From positions 1,289,150 through 1,353,149 of the forward strand of contig CAVTUF010000001.1 of assembly GCA_963737895.1 (NCBI GenBank): a stretch of DNA of 64,000 nucleotides, written 5' to 3'. Below are positions 10,182 to 18,651 of this stretch, in pieces. The notes below the pieces were generated by a model. That model searched no databases, was not told the origin of the DNA, and saw only the letters and a list, made by a program, of their open reading frames with translations. The stretch's first letter is position 1. Each line of letters starts with the position of its first letter. The stretch is from an uncultured Gemmatimonadales bacterium (lineage in GTDB: Bacteria > Gemmatimonadota > Gemmatimonadetes > Gemmatimonadales > Gemmatimonadaceae). The translations under genes were made by a program, and so were the position numbers.

Positions 10182-11102
10182 CTACTCGATCCTGGCTACC
10201 CCATTCCCCGGTGCCGGGAACCGGACGAATATCTGCGGGTCGTGGCCCGGGATGATGAGTCCAGGACTCAATGCGATGCGCCGCATCCGGTCCTGCGCCT
10301 GCAGGTTCGATACTGAATCGGCCGGCGAGAACGTCGCTCCGATCGGCGCGTGCTTGGCGAGATTCTCGAACATGTACATGTTGTCGGACGCCAGCACGAC
10401 GACGCCCTTCGCGGTCCGCACCCCAGCATACTGCGATGCGTAGGTGTGCCGGCCGCCCGTGTAAACCGTAATGCCGGGTATCACTTCGCGCGCGTCGCCG
10501 TCGACGAGTTGAACGCGTCCCGCGCGATGCAGTTGCGCCAGCATCTTGGCATCCACTGTGTCGATGGCTTCGCCCAGTGGAAGGCCATTGGCACCGACGT
10601 AGTGCTCGTATTCAGCCTTCTGAATCCAGATGCGTGCTTTGGGAAACAGATCCGCCCCGTCGAGGTGATCCCAATGCACGTGCGAGATGATGATGTCGGT
10701 CACGGCACCGGGGGTCACCCCGGCTTTGGCGATCGCGTCGGACGGACGCTGATAGTCGAACGGCTTCCACGCCGCGAGAAACTGCGGACGGTAGAACCCG
10801 GCATCGAGCAGCACCGTGTGCCCGTTGTTCCCCTTGAGCACCCCGATGATGAATGCCAGGTCGGTCCGGCGCGCGGTGTCGGCGCCCTTCACGAGTTCGG
10901 CGACGGGAAACCCATGGAAACCAGCAAACCGCACCATGTAGACTTCGTACGCCGGCGCCGCTTGGGCCGATAGCAGCGATCGGCCGCCGGTCAGCGCGAG
11001 CAGCCCTGCCAGAACGAGGAGATGCCGGGCGACGAGATGCCAGGCAACGGCCCGGTATACGGCGCCAAACCTGGTGAAGCGGGCAAGACTGTGACTGGAC
11101 AC
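10182..11102 (-). CDS. MBL-fold metallo-hydrolase (lactonase-like), probably secreted
   Basis: Contains the motif IISHVHWDHLDG. The start is uncertain: GTG at 11102 has GGAG 9 nt upstream and yields a signal-like LLVLAGLLALTGG. The ORF itself is open to 11249. Confidence 0.75.
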   Translation of the reverse strand: MSSHSLARFTRFGAVYRAVAWHLVARHLLVLAGLLALTGGRSLLSAQAAPAYEVYMVRFAGFHGFPVAELVKGADTARRTDLAFIIGVLKGNNGHTVLLDAGFYRPQFLAAWKPFDYQRPSDAIAKAGVTPGAVTDIIISHVHWDHLDGADLFPKARIWIQKAEYEHYVGANGLPLGEAIDTVDAKMLAQLHRAGRVQLVDGDAREVIPGITVYTGGRHTYASQYAGVRTAKGVVVLASDNMYMFENLAKHAPIGATFSPADSVSNLQAQDRMRRIALSPGLIIPGHDPQIFVRFPAPGNGVARIE

Positions 11103-11275
11103 GACAGGACGCTCCGGAGAGGGTGGACGTCCCCGGCGATCGGACGGCCGCGGGAGATTGACCGGGTAGATTCTAGGCCGATTGGCCTGGCCCCGCCACA
11201 CGCCCTTGCTGCGTGTGACGACTGCGCGTAACCTCACCCCGGCACTCACTCCGTCCAGGCCGGGCCAATCTCCCC

Positions 11276-12847
11276 ATGACGTTCCAGCGCAAGCTGCTCC
11301 TGGGGTTCTCGCTCATGGCCCTGCCCGCACTGCTCGTCGCGGGTGAGGCGATCCGCACCAATCTGCTCGAACGGGCCGCACTGAAGGCTCTTGGCGAGGA
11401 TCTCGCACGGTCGCGCACGTACGGCGAGCTCGAAACCGCCATGTTCAATCAGACGGAAACCGTCTGGCGATACCTGACCGGGATGGATCCGACTGCCCGC
11501 CAGGAATTCGATCTCAATGGCGAGGTCATCGACTACTGGTTGCAGCGTTGGAGATCCGAGTTGCGCCCCGATGAGGCTGGACTCGCCAACGACGTCCGCG
11601 AGGTGCAGCAGCAAATCCGTCTTGCCTCTGTGCACGTGTTCGCGGTCTACGACTCCGGCCGCCACGAAGATGCGTACCGCCTCGCCCAACAGGACATCCG
11701 CGACCGGCTCCTGCCCATCCTCGACAACCTGAACCGCGACATCTACCGGCGTGCACGCGAGTCCAGCGTCCGCGGCGCCTACGCCAACCTTGCGGACATC
11801 GTCGCCGCCGAGAATCGCGCCGTAGTCGCCATTCTCATCCTGGCTCTCGCGACTGCGTTCATCGCGTCGTGGCTCATCTCGCGCAGCCTCGCGCGCCCGA
11901 TCAGCCAGCTCCGCGAAGCGATGGCCGTTGTTGGCACGGGGAGGCTCGACTATCCCATCGAGGCGCGCTCGCCGGATGAGATAGGGGACCTCGCGCGCTC
12001 GTTCGCGATCATGACCGAGCACCTGCGCGAATCCCGAGCGGGCGTGGAGCGGCTCAATGCCGAGCTCGAGGCCAAGGTCGCGCAGCTCGAGCGGACGCAG
12101 GCCCAGCTCCTGCAATCGGAACGGCTCGCGTCGATCGGCGAGATGGCCGCAGCCGTCGCCCATGGTATTCGCAATCCGCTGGCGAGCCTCCGCGCCGCCG
12201 CGCAGCTCGCGCTCCGCCAGGCGCACCTCCCCGCCCCTCGGGAACACCTCGGCGTCATTATCGGCGAGGTGGACCGCCTCGACCGGCGCGTCAGCCACCT
12301 GCTCAACTTCTCGCGACCTGCGCCGGTCCACCAGATGCGCGAAAGCGTCGCCCGGTTGGTCGAGGACCTCACGCCGCCGTTCACCGAGTTGCTGAAGGAG
12401 CGCCACATCGCACTCGACGTGCAGATCGCGCCCGGGCTTCCGGATGTCCGCATCGACCCGATGCAGGTGGAGCAGGCGCTCGTGGAAGTCGTATCCAACG
12501 CGCTCGACGCCATGCCCGGCGGCGGCAAGCTGCGCATCGCCGCCTCCGCGGCTGCTCTTGGCGGCAATCCGGGTGTCGTGATCGAGATCGCCGATACCGG
12601 TGCCGGCATCCCGGAGCACGTGCTGCCATCGGTGTTCGACCCGTTCTTCACGACGCGCCCCGAAGGCACCGGCCTCGGTTTGGCAGTGGCGAAGCGTTTC
12701 ATCGAGCAGAACGGTGGCGCGGTCGCCATCGTGAGCGCGCAAGGCCAGGGCACTACTATTCGGCTGCAGTTGCCCGTCGCGGTGGACGACAATGACGCCA
12801 GCGCGGCGCGTGCAGCCGGCAGTCCTCCACCCACGAGTAATTCCTGA
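11276..12847 (+). CDS. sensor histidine kinase (TM sensor domain, HAMP, HisKA, HATPase)
   Basis: H-box SIGEMAAAVAHGIRNPL, G-boxes IADTGAGIP and GTGLGLAVAK, and HAMP-like SRSLARPISQLREAM. Confidence 0.9.
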   Translation: MTFQRKLLLGFSLMALPALLVAGEAIRTNLLERAALKALGEDLARSRTYGELETAMFNQTETVWRYLTGMDPTARQEFDLNGEVIDYWLQRWRSELRPDEAGLANDVREVQQQIRLASVHVFAVYDSGRHEDAYRLAQQDIRDRLLPILDNLNRDIYRRARESSVRGAYANLADIVAAENRAVVAILILALATAFIASWLISRSLARPISQLREAMAVVGTGRLDYPIEARSPDEIGDLARSFAIMTEHLRESRAGVERLNAELEAKVAQLERTQAQLLQSERLASIGEMAAAVAHGIRNPLASLRAAAQLALRQAHLPAPREHLGVIIGEVDRLDRRVSHLLNFSRPAPVHQMRESVARLVEDLTPPFTELLKERHIALDVQIAPGLPDVRIDPMQVEQALVEVVSNALDAMPGGGKLRIAASAAALGGNPGVVIEIADTGAGIPEHVLPSVFDPFFTTRPEGTGLGLAVAKRFIEQNGGAVAIVSAQGQGTTIRLQLPVAVDDNDASAARAAGSPPPTSNS

Positions 12848-12857
12848 GCCCGACCGC

Positions 12858-14273
12858 ATGAGCGCAGCCACCGTATTGATCGTCGATGACGAGCGCACGC
12901 TCGCGCGGTCGATCAAGGCGTTCCTCATCGAGTCCGGCTACGAGGCCGAGGTCGCGGGAAGCGGCGAACAGGCGCTCGAACAGTTGGAGCGCGTGCGGCC
13001 GGATGTGATCTTCGCCGATGTGCGCCTGCCGGGCATGAACGGCATCGAACTTCTGCGCCGGATCCGGGAGTTCGACGCCGCCGTCCCGGTCATAATGATG
13101 ACTGCGTACGGCACGATCGAAGGCGCCGTGGAAGCGGTTAAGCTCGGCGCCTTCGACTATCTGAAGAAGCCTGTCGATCTGGACGAGCTCAAGCTGCTCA
13201 CCGACCGGGCACGCGAGTCGTCGCGACTCAAGCAGGAGTTGTCCTACTACAGGCGCCGCGACACACCCGAAGTCCGCTTCGCCGAGATCGCCGGCCAGTC
13301 GCCGGCTATGCAGGCCGTGCTCGATCGCGCCAGACAGATCGCCGCGCTGGATGATGTGCCGCCAGTCCTCATCACCGGGGAAACCGGAACCGGCAAGGGT
13401 CTGCTCGCGCGCAGCATTCACGCCGCGGGACCACGCTCCGCGAAGCCATTCATCGAGGTGAACTGCACGGCGCTGCCCGGAACGCTGATGGAGGCTGAGC
13501 TGTTCGGCCACGAACGCGGCGCCTTCACCGACGCGAAGGAATCGAAGATCGGACTCTTCGAAGCCGCCGAAGGCGGCTACCTGTTTCTCGACGAGGTCGG
13601 CGACATCGAGCTGTCGCTCCAGGGGAAATTGTTGCGCGCCATCGAAGACCGGATGGTCCGGCGCGTGGGAGGCATCCGCGACCGCAAGATCGACACGCGG
13701 ATCTTCGCCGCCACGAATCGCGATCTCGAGCGCGATGCACAGCGAGGATCGTTTCGAAAGGACCTCTACTTCCGGCTCGCGGTCATCCTGCTCCGGCTAC
13801 CGCCGCTTCGCGAGCGGGGCGATGATGTGCTCCTCCTCGCCGAATTGTTCCTGCGCCAGTTCGCCGCGAAGTATGGCAAGGACGTGCACGAGCTCAGCCC
13901 CCGCGCACGCGCGCTGTTGCTGTCGTATCCGTGGCCCGGCAACGTGCGCGAGCTGAGTCACGTCATCGAACGCGCCGTGCTGTGGAGCCGCGGTGCGATG
14001 CTCGATCCCGGCCACCTGTCGCTCACCGAGCCTGCGGCCTTCGAGCCACCTGGTGCCTCCGGCGGCGACTCCTATCCCGATCATATCGGGGGGACCTCGA
14101 ACCCGGGTCCCGGAATCCCGCCAGGCGGAGGCGACCTGCCGCAGTGGGAGAAAACAGTCATCGAACAGGCGCTGCGCGAAGCAGGCGGCAATCAGACCAA
14201 GGCCGCCCAACGGCTCGGCATCAGCCGTGACACGCTCCGCTATCGGCTGAAGAAGTTCGGGATCGCAGGATAG
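12858..14273 (+). CDS. sigma-54-dependent response regulator (NtrC family)
   Basis: ATG at 12858 lies 8 nt after the kinase stop. It has a receiver domain (LIVDDE...DVRLPGMNG), an AAA+ domain (GETGTGKG, ELFGHERGAFTDA) and a C-terminal Fis-type HTH (AAQRLGISRDTLRYRLKKFG). Confidence 0.92.
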   Translation: MSAATVLIVDDERTLARSIKAFLIESGYEAEVAGSGEQALEQLERVRPDVIFADVRLPGMNGIELLRRIREFDAAVPVIMMTAYGTIEGAVEAVKLGAFDYLKKPVDLDELKLLTDRARESSRLKQELSYYRRRDTPEVRFAEIAGQSPAMQAVLDRARQIAALDDVPPVLITGETGTGKGLLARSIHAAGPRSAKPFIEVNCTALPGTLMEAELFGHERGAFTDAKESKIGLFEAAEGGYLFLDEVGDIELSLQGKLLRAIEDRMVRRVGGIRDRKIDTRIFAATNRDLERDAQRGSFRKDLYFRLAVILLRLPPLRERGDDVLLLAELFLRQFAAKYGKDVHELSPRARALLLSYPWPGNVRELSHVIERAVLWSRGAMLDPGHLSLTEPAAFEPPGASGGDSYPDHIGGTSNPGPGIPPGGGDLPQWEKTVIEQALREAGGNQTKAAQRLGISRDTLRYRLKKFGIAG

Positions 14274-14284
14274 ACCCAAGGGGG

Positions 14285-14321
14285 TGGGCTATTTCACCCA
14301 CTCCTTGGGTAAATGACCCAA
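14285..14321 (+). promoter_or_regulatory. candidate enhancer (UAS): two adjacent inverted repeats TGGG-N6/7-ACCCA
   Basis: TGGGctatttcACCCA (14285-14300) and TTGGGTaaatgACCCAA (14305-14321) lie about 100-135 nt upstream of the -24/-12 promoter. Confidence 0.45.
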
Positions 14322-14418
14322 TGAATGCGCACTTTGAATTCACGCATGGGATCGGTCATGAGCGCATAACGCATGGACTGGCCGGAGGTTACGCGCATAC
14401 AGGCGTTTGCGGTGGCGC

Positions 14419-14434
14419 TGGCACGACGGGTGCC
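14419..14434 (+). promoter_or_regulatory. sigma-54 (-24/-12) promoter
   Basis: TGGCACgacggGTGC, with GG at 14420-14421 and GC at 14432-14433 (GG-N10-GC spacing). It sits 88 nt upstream of the pqqA-like ATG and directly downstream of a sigma-54 activator gene. Confidence 0.7.
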
Positions 14435-14521
14435 TATAGGCAAGGCGCAGCCGGTTGAACGTTGTGAGTGTCCATCGGCTTTTCGACCCACCCGGGTCCG
14501 TCCTTTTCTGCGGAGCGCCTC

Positions 14522-14593
14522 ATGTGGACCAAGCCTGAATTCGAAGTCGTAGAAGTCACGATGGAAGTGACTGCCTACGTCGCCCGGCGCTAA
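14522..14593 (+). CDS. pqqA: pyrroloquinoline quinone precursor peptide PqqA-like (23 aa)
   Basis: ATG 14522 to TAA 14591-14593 encodes MWTKPEFEVVEVTMEVTAYVARR. GGAG lies 6 nt upstream. Length, the N-terminal MW.KP and the Glu15/Tyr19 pair (EVT.Y) match the PqqA family. Confidence 0.8.
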   Translation: MWTKPEFEVVEVTMEVTAYVARR

Positions 14594-14618
14594 GAGCCGG
14601 ACGGATCGGTAAGACAGA

Positions 14619-14648
14619 GGGGGCCCCGAAACGGGCCCCCTGTTCTTT
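14619..14648. terminator. rho-independent terminator (possibly bidirectional)
   Basis: GGGGGCCC-cgaaac-GGGCCCCC followed by TGTTCTTT. It lies between pqqA and the convergent gene that ends at 14678. Confidence 0.75.
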
Positions 14649-14677
14649 CCCGGCGGAGCCTGTGTAGCTCGGGCGGC

Positions 14678-16330
14678 TCACGTGTTGTTCGTGAGTACCC
14701 CCACCAGCCACGTGCGAGCTGCGGCCACCTCGCCATCGCCGATCGAATGACCGCCCAGCTCCCAATGGAGCGTCACCGATGCGCCGCAGCGCCGCAGCAG
14801 CTCGGCGAGACGTTCGGTTTCCGCTGGCGGCGCGATCGGATCGGCCCGCCCGGCTCCAATGAACACCGGCGTCCCCGCGAGATCGGGTAAGGGGTCCGGC
14901 TCGAACGGCACCATTGGACTGAGCAGAACCGCGGCCCGCAGCACGCCCGGCCGGCGCAGCAGGAGACTCGCGGCAATGTTGGCGCCGTTGGAGAATCCGG
15001 CAGCCACGATTCCGTCGCGATCCAGGCCATACGTTGCCGCCGCGGCCGCGACGAACTCGGCCAGCTCGGTCGTGCGCCGCGCGAGGTCCTCCTGATCGAA
15101 CACACCTTCCGCGATCCGGCGGAAGAATCTCGGCATCCCGCGCTCCAGCACCTGTCCGCGGGGACTCAGGAGCCCGGCACCGAGCACGAGCGCGCGGCCC
15201 AATGGGATGAGGTCCTCTTCGTTGCCGCCGGTACCGTGGAGCAGGAGCAGGGTGGTACCGCCCGCATACTCGGAGCCGGGAGCCGGCGGCACGTAACGGT
15301 GCACGAAACCGAGTGCGTCGCCACTCACATCTTCGGGCCCGCCGGTCGCATTGCTGAGGGCAATGTCGGCGCCCGGCACCGGGAGATGGATCGGCGGCAG
15401 CACGGCCTCGATCTGCGACCGGTATGACTCGTATTGGGCCGGTAGCATCAACCGCTCGCCGAGGTGCTCCATGGGCTCGTCGATCGCGAAGCCCGGCCCG
15501 TCGGTGGCGATCTCGAACAACACGCCGCCAGGTTCGTGAAAGTACACCGAATGGAAATAGGTCCGGTCGATGACTGGAGTCGGCGTGGGGCCCGCCGCGG
15601 CCACTTGCTCGCGTAGCGAGAGTTGCGCCGCGTCATCCGCTGCGCGGAACGCCACGTGATGCACGATCCCGGCGCCGCCCGCCCCGCGCGGGAATCCGCC
15701 GACGGCCCGCACGTTGACCAGCGTCCCTGCGCCGCCATCGCCGGCCGCATACCGCCGCGTTGTGTGCTCCTCACTCACCGGCCGGAACCCCAATGTGTCG
15801 ACGAGGAGGCGCTCCGTCGGGTCATGCTTCTCCTCCCAGAGCGTGACGCCGTGGAATCCCCGGATCGCCTGATCGGCGCCGATGCCCGGCGAACCGGCCC
15901 ACGCGGGACGCACCTCCGCGCTCGCGTGCGCGACGATCTCGAGCATCATGCCGTCGTGGTCCCGGAACGCGATCACCTGCTCCGCGGCCGTACCGGTCCC
16001 GCGCTTGGAGGGTCCCTCGAATGCGACGCTATGCCTCACCAGCCGGGCCACCCAGAATCCGAGCGCCGGCGGCAGCACGGCGAACGACGTCACGGCGACC
16101 TGCCCGGTGCTCTGGCGCCCCCGATGCGCGCCGGGCCACGGGAAGAAGGTCATCACGCTGCCCGGCGTCCCCGTCTCGTCGGCAAAGTAGAAATGGTAGG
16201 TTTGCGGATCGTCGAAGTTGACGGTGCGCTTGACGAAGCGCAGCCCGAGCAGCCCCACATAGAAATCCAGATTCCGCTGGGGGTCGGCGGCGATCGCCGT
16301 GACGTGATGAATGCCGAGTACGCCTGTCAT
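14678..16330 (-). CDS. fusion of a two-domain VOC/glyoxalase-type ring-cleaving dioxygenase with a phospholipase/carboxylesterase-type alpha/beta hydrolase
   Basis: ATG at 16330. The N-terminus GIHHVTAIAADPQRNLDFYVGLLGLRFVKRTVNFDD... is MhqO/YfiE-like. The C-terminus TLLLLHGTGGNEEDL...AAGFSNGANIAASLLL is MhqD-like. Confidence 0.8.
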   Translation of the reverse strand: MTGVLGIHHVTAIAADPQRNLDFYVGLLGLRFVKRTVNFDDPQTYHFYFADETGTPGSVMTFFPWPGAHRGRQSTGQVAVTSFAVLPPALGFWVARLVRHSVAFEGPSKRGTGTAAEQVIAFRDHDGMMLEIVAHASAEVRPAWAGSPGIGADQAIRGFHGVTLWEEKHDPTERLLVDTLGFRPVSEEHTTRRYAAGDGGAGTLVNVRAVGGFPRGAGGAGIVHHVAFRAADDAAQLSLREQVAAAGPTPTPVIDRTYFHSVYFHEPGGVLFEIATDGPGFAIDEPMEHLGERLMLPAQYESYRSQIEAVLPPIHLPVPGADIALSNATGGPEDVSGDALGFVHRYVPPAPGSEYAGGTTLLLLHGTGGNEEDLIPLGRALVLGAGLLSPRGQVLERGMPRFFRRIAEGVFDQEDLARRTTELAEFVAAAAATYGLDRDGIVAAGFSNGANIAASLLLRRPGVLRAAVLLSPMVPFEPDPLPDLAGTPVFIGAGRADPIAPPAETERLAELLRRCGASVTLHWELGGHSIGDGEVAAARTWLVGVLTNNT

Positions 16331-16390
16331 GGGAACGGGTTCGGAGGAGACGGCCGTTGGGCAACCGGGGATGCCACGCGACGCGCCAAA

Positions 16391-16420
16391 CGAATCGCAG
16401 AGCGAATCGCAGAGCGAAAG
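16391..16420. repeat. tandem 12-nt repeat CGAATCGCAGAG x2.5 in a divergent promoter region
   Basis: Perfect copies at 16391-16402 and 16403-16414, plus a partial copy at 16415-16420. A perfect TATAAT lies at 16488-16493 upstream of the NmrA-like gene. Confidence 0.6.
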
Positions 16421-16564
16421 ATGAAGGAGGGCCGGCCCGCGCCGCGAGGGCCCGCCCAGCCGCATACCCCTGCCCTATTATTCGCCCTATAATTCACGGT
16501 CCCACACACCAGCGCACGATCCGCGGCGGTGACGCGAGCGACGAACGCCCACTCTGGAGTAACG

Positions 16565-17503
16565 ATGTCGCAGAAGAAGATCATCGCGGTGGCCGGCGCG
16601 ACGGGCGCCCAGGGCGGCGGCCTGGTTCGCGCAATTCAGAATGACAAGAGCGGCGACTTCGTCGCCCGGGCGTTGACACGGGATGTGAACTCCCCCAAGG
16701 CCAAGGCGCTGGAACGCATAGGCGCGGAGGTCGTCAGCGCGAACGTCGACGACCGGGACAGCCTCAAGGAAGCGTTTCAGGGCGCATACGGCGCGTTTTG
16801 TGTCACGTTCTTCTGGGATCACCTCTCGCCCGAGAAGGAAAACGCGCACGCCAAGGCGCTGGCCGGAGCCGCCAGGAGCGCGGGGGTGCAGCATGTGATC
16901 TGGTCCACGCTCGAAGATACGCGCCGCTTTGTGCCCGTCGCCGACGCCCGAATGCCGACGCTCATGGGCCGCTACAAGGTGCCACACTTCGACGCGAAGG
17001 GAGAGGCCGACCAATTCTTCAAAGGCCTTCCCGTCACGAACCTGCTGACCACGTACTATTGGGACAACCTGATCGGCATGGCGCCGAAAAAAGGCCCCGA
17101 CGGCACGTTGGTGTTCACGCTACCGCTTGCAGACAAGAAGATCGCCGGCATCGTCGCGGAAGACATCGGGAAATGCGCCTACGGGATCTTCAAGCGGGGC
17201 CAGGAATTCGCCGGCAAGACGATCGGTATCGCCGGCGAGTTGCTCACCGGCAAGCAGATCGCCGCCGCACTCGCCGCCGCACTCGGCCGCGAGGTACGCT
17301 ACAGTCCGGTGACGCCGGAGATGTTCCGCGGATTCGGATTCCCGGGCGCCGCGGATCTCGGCAACATGTTCCAGTTCTACGCCGAATTCGAATCGCACTT
17401 CGCCGAGACGCGCGACATCGCTCTCGCGCGGTCGCTCAATCCGTCCCTGCAAACGCTGGCCCAGTGGCTCGCTGGCAACGCGAAACGCATCCCCATCGAA
17501 TGA
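16565..17503 (+). CDS. NmrA-family NAD(P)-binding protein
   Basis: ATG at 16565 with GGAG upstream. It has the Rossmann motif IIAVAGATGAQGG and NmrA-like length and composition. Confidence 0.85.
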   Translation: MSQKKIIAVAGATGAQGGGLVRAIQNDKSGDFVARALTRDVNSPKAKALERIGAEVVSANVDDRDSLKEAFQGAYGAFCVTFFWDHLSPEKENAHAKALAGAARSAGVQHVIWSTLEDTRRFVPVADARMPTLMGRYKVPHFDAKGEADQFFKGLPVTNLLTTYYWDNLIGMAPKKGPDGTLVFTLPLADKKIAGIVAEDIGKCAYGIFKRGQEFAGKTIGIAGELLTGKQIAAALAAALGREVRYSPVTPEMFRGFGFPGAADLGNMFQFYAEFESHFAETRDIALARSLNPSLQTLAQWLAGNAKRIPIE

Positions 17504-18480
17504 GCAGCAGCCTCCGTAATCGCGCGGCGCGGGCGGCTGGTGCCGCAGCCGCGCTCGCGGTGACACTCGCCACGATGGCTGCCACGACCCTGGCACCCCG
17601 CCCCCATCAGGGCTGGATCACTACGGCGGACTCGACACGCCTGTACTACCGCGTGATCGGGCACGGCAGCGATACGGTCATCGCTATCCATGGCGGACCG
17701 GGCGTCGATCTCGAGAGCATTGCCGGCGACTTCGTGCCGCTCGCCGAGCATCACGTGGTCATCTTCTACGACCAGCGGGGAACGGGCCGGTCTACGCTTC
17801 CAGCCGACACCGCGCGGCTCGGCGCAGAACAGCAGGTCGCCGACCTCGAGGCCGTCCGGCAGTACTTCGGACTGGCGCACGTCACGCTCGTCGCCCACTC
17901 GTACGGTCCACTGCTTGCTGCGACCTACGCGCTCGCACACCCCGATGCGGTGCGGCGGATGGTGTTCTTCGGCCCGGTGCCTCCCCGCCGCGGTGATTTC
18001 TGGACGCGCTTTGGCAAGACGATGGGTTCACGCCTCGACAGTGCGCAGCAGGGCCGGCTCGCCGCGGCGAACCGGCGGCTCGCCGATACGTCCGCCAATG
18101 CGCGCCAGGCGTGCCGCGACCTGTGGGCGATCGCGCTTCGGCCGCGCCTCGCCGATCCGGATCGCACGCTGTCGCTCATCCGCTCAGACCTCTGCGCCTC
18201 TGATCCGGCCGGCATCCGCTATGGCTTGACCACCACGAACCGCGTCGTCATGGCCTCGTACGGCGACTGGGATCTGCGCTCGCGGCTGCGCGGCCTGGCG
18301 GTGCCGGTCCTCGTCGTCCACGGTGAACAGGATGCCATCCCCATGGATCTCGTCGAGGAGTGGACGACGTCACTCCCCCACGCCCAGCTCCTGCGCGTGC
18401 CCGGTGCCGGCCACTTCGCGTACGTCGAACAGCCGGAGATCGTCTGGCCCGCCGTCGAGCGCTTTCTAGGATCCTCGTAA
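17500..18480 (+). CDS. alpha/beta hydrolase (proline iminopeptidase-like), secreted
   Basis: ATG at 17500 overlaps the upstream stop (ATGA). It has a signal-like N-terminus, IAIHGGPG, the nucleophile elbow LVAHSYGP and VVHGEQDAIP...GAGHF. Confidence 0.85.
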   Translation: MSSSLRNRAARAAGAAAALAVTLATMAATTLAPRPHQGWITTADSTRLYYRVIGHGSDTVIAIHGGPGVDLESIAGDFVPLAEHHVVIFYDQRGTGRSTLPADTARLGAEQQVADLEAVRQYFGLAHVTLVAHSYGPLLAATYALAHPDAVRRMVFFGPVPPRRGDFWTRFGKTMGSRLDSAQQGRLAAANRRLADTSANARQACRDLWAIALRPRLADPDRTLSLIRSDLCASDPAGIRYGLTTTNRVVMASYGDWDLRSRLRGLAVPVLVVHGEQDAIPMDLVEEWTTSLPHAQLLRVPGAGHFAYVEQPEIVWPAVERFLGSS

Positions 18481-18651
18481 CCAGCCTGCGACCGCCTGCC
18501 ACGGGAATTGCTCGGTCATTTTCTCGTAGAGCTGCTGCGGGAAATCGCTGTCACCCGAACCGGGCGGATCGCCCGCTGGGCAACGATACCAGCCGGCCGA
18601 ACAACCTCTATCTTCTCATGTTCGTGCACTCCTGGCTTTCTTCATTGACCG

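Noticed and set aside
10182-11102. The MBL-fold hydrolase near pqqA as a possible PqqB.
   Set aside because: It carries a signal-peptide-like N-terminus and a lactonase-type HVHWDH motif. It is divergently transcribed, separated from pqqA by the two-component genes, and has no PqqC/D/E partners.
14294-14491. 65-aa minus-strand ORF in the regulator/pqqA intergenic region.
   Set aside because: It has a GTG start, no RBS and no family resemblance, and it covers the enhancer and -24/-12 promoter. The plus-strand regulatory reading explains the region better.
16798-17499. The N-terminal 234 codons of the 560-aa ORF 16798..18480.
   Set aside because: They overlap the NmrA-like gene in another frame with Arg-rich sequence. 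The real hydrolase starts at ATG 17500, overlapping the NmrA stop.
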